Below, piece by piece: positions 59,486 to 64,000 of a stretch of 64,000 nt of DNA. Position 1 is the stretch's first letter, and every line of letters begins with the position of its first letter. The notes beneath the pieces were generated by a model. That model made no database searches. It was not told the DNA's origin and saw only the letters and a program-made list of their open reading frames with translations. The stretch lies in assembly GCF_009914755.1 (NCBI RefSeq), contig NC_060932.1; one strand, 5' to 3'. The DNA is from the human T2T-CHM13v2.0 reference genome, Homo sapiens. The position numbers were made by a program, and so were the translations under genes.

Positions 59486-60796
59486 TAATGTTTTAGGTCA
59501 GATTCGTTTTATTTTATAAAAATACTAGTAACGTATTTAAAAGGTAAAAACAAATCCACAGGGGTAAAATATTAGAGACCAATCCTCTGGTGAATAAGTT
59601 GGTTTTTTTGTTTTGTTTTGTTTAAAAAAAAAACAACAAAAACAAAAACAAAAAGCAAAAACTAACATCCTACATGGTTATTCCCTCTGGAAAAATGTTT
59701 CTGGTGCTCTGAATACATTAATTTGAAAAGAAGCAGTTTTGTAGGTTACAGATTACAGCATGCAAGTAGAATCCAACTAGTGTGATACTCTTCCTCCCTT
59801 TTATTCCCAGGCTACAGAAACCTGGACAGCTCATTTTTCCTTTCAAAAGTTAACCCACTGAGGTTTTCTTGCCCAAGCTTTGGCAGTATAGATCTCAGAG
59901 TACTTGCAGATTTACTCACATTTTAAATTGAATTAAATTTTTAATCTTATAAATGAGTAATATAATTACTTCAGGATTTTTTTCAAACAGATGAGAAAAG
60001 CATTACTGTGCCATTCAACTTGCCTAGGCCACTTGATCTCCATAAAGGTCTTTATTTTGTTGAGATTTTAAAATAATGTTTATTGGGGGTTTTCTCTAAC
60101 TACAGACATAAAATATATTCGGTACCAAAAACTGTTAATACAAAGATAAACACAAAAGAAAATCATTGTTCATACTGCACCATCCAAAAGATAGCTATGT
60201 AAAAATTTTGTATATGTTATTCCAGTAATTTTGTATGCATAAATATATGTTGTATAACTAGCTATATATGTGTACATTTTTTACTTAGAAATGGTATTAT
60301 TAAGGTGTAATTTTAATTTCTACAGAACATTCAAATTTTTTTATACCAAGTGCCCCAAACATAGGCTTAAGATGGTGCCAGTAGAATTTCAGCTACACCT
60401 TGCAGATCATAGCTAGCTAAAATTTCTTCTAGCTCTTCAGGAGAATCCTGGAGATGAGGGCAGAAGCTGGGCATGAATGAGGCAGAGAACAGCTAAACTC
60501 TGCCAATCTGAGATCCTTCAGGAAACTTCAGTAAAAGTTGTTAATGAGAGTCTCAAAATATATTTAGCATGGCAAAAACTTATATGTATACACATACACA
60601 TATATTTTTCCCTCACCACCCCCACCTCAGAAGCAGTCTAGGTAAGTTTGAGAACACTTATAATATATTAGGCAATGTGATATGACATTATTAGAAGAGC
60701 ATTAGGCTAGGGTTCAAGGGCCCTGGATTTTGTTTCAGTTTTGTCTGAGTCTTAGTTCATTCAACTAAGGCCTCTTCCAGCTTGAAAATGCTATGA

Positions 60797-61056
60797 GGCC
60801 GGGCACAGTGGAGGCTGAGGCAGGAGGATTGCTTGAGTCCAGGAGTTTTGAGACCAGCCTGGGCAACATGGCATGGTGAAACACCATATCTACAAAAAAT
60901 ACAAAAATTAGCTGGGCGTAGTGGTGCATACCTGTAGTCCTAGCTACTCAGGAGGCTGAGGCATGAGAATCACTTGAACCTGGAGGGTGGAGGTTGCAGT
61001 GAGCTGAGACCACATCACTGCACTCTATCCTAGGCAACAGAGCAAAACTCTGTCTC

Positions 61057-61091
<35 letters not shown>

Positions 61092-61099
61092 GAAAGAAA
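60797..61099 (+). mobile_element. Alu with A/(GAAAA)n tail
   Basis: Alu consensus; gaaaatgctatga TSD. Confidence 0.92.
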
Positions 61100-62922
61100 A
61101 TGCTATGACTAGGTTTTATGTATTACCTGGTCCTTAATGTGAGATTTTCGAATTGGGAAAATTCGATGTAAAATAATTTGAGATACAAATATGCATTCTC
61201 CCCCCATCTCTCTCAAATGTTCAGTGCCTTTGCTAACAGTAGCCAGACGTCTGAATGTGACTCACCAAGAGGAGTGTTTGGTATTCATATTGATGATGAC
61301 TCTGTAGAGGAAGAATTTAAAGGTCAAGCATGAAGAAACAGATCTAGGAAGACTTGGTGTTTTTATCTGGATACCCATCATTCTGGCCCTTACAATTAGA
61401 GATTATGGAAAAGGTGAGTTTTGTGACTTACTAGCTATTAAAAGAGGATAAGCTAGATTAGGCCCATTTCTGTAAATCAAACATTTCATGTTTCAGAGAC
61501 AATAATTAAGTGTATTTTTTCTGATTCTGTATCCTATTTTTCTATAGATGTCCTTTAAGAAAAATTCTTAAGAGTCGCAGCTCCATTTATGTGGATTAAA
61601 ATACCTACCAAGGCAAGGACATTTAATAGAGTGGTATTCAAGAGTTTGGAAAATACTATGTTCATAAAACTATCATCATACGGTGGCATTTTCACTTAAA
61701 ATACATGCATATCCCTAATTTATTTTTTGATACAGAATACTGATTTGTTCCAAATAGGTCATGTTTCTATTTATTGTTGAGTGCCACAATAAATAGCTGG
61801 CTCGTTTTGCACTCCTGTCCCTCTCTATGGCATTGTTCGAGTAGCTGTGGACACAGCTGTGGGGTGTTTTCAAGTGGTCAGTGAAGTAAGTCTGCTCTTG
61901 TAAAATACAGACAAGTACAGTATCAAAATAGCGCGAACGCGCAAAAATTGCTTTCCTGGCCTTTTAACCCTGAGAAAGATTAATGGTTGTTTGGATTAGA
62001 AACTGTACCCTAATGAGGGGGCTGTTGCCTCTGGGGAGTAGGTATGAGAAAGGGGACTGTTCACCTCCAGGTCATCGTTGCACAGGCTGCGAGTCTCTGA
62101 CGACCCGCAACACCACTCCAGACAGCTGCCCGGGCTCTGCCAGTAAGTGCCTGGTCCTCCGGGAGCTGTTGAGGGGACCAGGCCATCACCATCACAATGG
62201 CCTGGGGGAGGCAGTCTCCAGGACCAAGCGCACTTTGAATGGACAGAAATTGGTTCTTAAAGCCCTAGGTTGAATTACTGGCAGCTGGGGGTGGGAGGGT
62301 CTAGTTTCTCGTGCTATTATTCTACTGTTTTTCCAACCACTCCAATCACTCTCAGAATAAATGCAATCGCCTAACAAATTGCAATAACTGTTTTGAGATT
62401 TCGTCCCCTCTGAAATGCCTCATGAAGCTATGCGCACAACAGCTAACTTCAAAGTAACCCCACTTCATTCTTTCTGGCTTTAAGTTTTTGTCTTTTTCAG
62501 TTGGGTGCTTTAAATTGATTTTCCAATTTATAAAATTGGAAACTGATTAAAATAATCATGAGAGAAAAGGAAGAAAAAAACAACTAATCATCCTATTACC
62601 CAAACACAGCTGTTAACATTTGACATATTTCCTTTCCATCTTTTCCACTTGGGTGGTGTAATCTCTTAACACATGACATTTTAAGGATTTTCTATGTTGT
62701 TGCATAATCTTCATAATCATATGCAAATGTATGCAATAGTTTATTAAATAAGAATTTAATAATTTATTCTTATTATAGGTCATCAAATTGCTTCCAAATT
62801 TTTATTCCTACCAATAACTTAGCAATGAATAGATGAATAATGTTTATATGGCATCTTTCACATTCTAAATTAATTTGGTAGGTTAGGTTCCCCTAAAGTC
62901 AATTTTAACATTACAATATAGA

Positions 62923-63296
<374 letters not shown>

Positions 63297-64000
63297 TAAA
63301 TATTGCTTCCCCTCTCATTCAATCTTCTCTTCAAAATAAATACTAGTGCAAAGCAACAAGAAATGAAACAAAGTTCATTTGCAAGTATGGACCAGACTAG
63401 ACTATTTGTGCCAACCTGCAAGTCAATAGTGGTTTTTTTTTTAATGTCAGTACAGCTTAATGGTTCACAGGGATTACAATTTTCAGATAAACTTAGGAAA
63501 ATTTGGTGTTATATCCTTGCCTCTTCGGTGAAACTTTAAGACCCCAAATCTCTTTTTTACTTACTTTTTTTTTCTTCTAGAGCCCTCTGTGGCCCCCTAA
63601 GCCTGTAGGTCTGTGTTTTTCAGTTTTGCTGGCCGAGAAAAAAGACCCAAGGGAGTAACATATTATTTTCTACAAGGATGTTCTAAAACTGCTCAGGCCT
63701 GTGAGTGAAATGATTTGCTGCACTGCAAGGGAGGTGAGTGAGACCAAGGAACTACACCCACCAAGATCCCTTCCAAGGGTCTAAGTTGCTTCTCTAATCA
63801 GAAACCTCTCAAACCTTTGCGACTGTGCACATAGGTCCCATGATGGCTTTGGCAACATTTACCTGGGACCAGGGTGAACTTCGTACCATGTATTGCATAT
63901 GAGAAAAGAAAAGAATGTTTGTCAAACAAACCACTATGTTTTATTTTATTTTATTTTAGTGTTGCTGGTAGGTGTGTAGTGAGTTCTCAGTGTGTGTGTG

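Noticed and set aside
63550-64000. Acceptor-like site (tttttcttctag at ~63580) as a possible exon of a neighbouring gene
   Set aside because: No recognisable coding sequence or matching donor; cannot be supported from sequence alone

Overview
Human (primate) genomic DNA, recognisable as the RRS1-ADHFE1 locus (chr8q13 from my knowledge of these genes). It contains the single-exon RRS1 CDS (18702-19799, 365 aa) at a CpG-island promoter with bidirectional features. ADHFE1 follows about 2 kb downstream on the same strand; I reconstructed all 14 coding exons (22087-57908, 1404 nt, 467 aa, all phases consistent). The rest is mostly Alu, L1, L2, MIR, LTR and DNA-transposon remnants plus microsatellites. 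I found no evidence of a new protein-coding system, and nearly all other ORFs in the track are repeat-derived or shadow ORFs. The most interesting points are finer-scale: a young human-specific pre-Ta L1 fragment just after ADHFE1; a cluster of non-canonical or competing ADHFE1 splice sites (GC donor, AAG acceptors, decoy acceptors, a candidate poison exon); an intronic CpG island with a consensus CTCF site; an RRS1 uORF with an ETS palindrome, ZNF143 site and degenerate GC repeat array; a solo Hsmar1 TIR inside an Alu; and several tandem repeats. Repeat family names and boundaries are by-eye and approximate.
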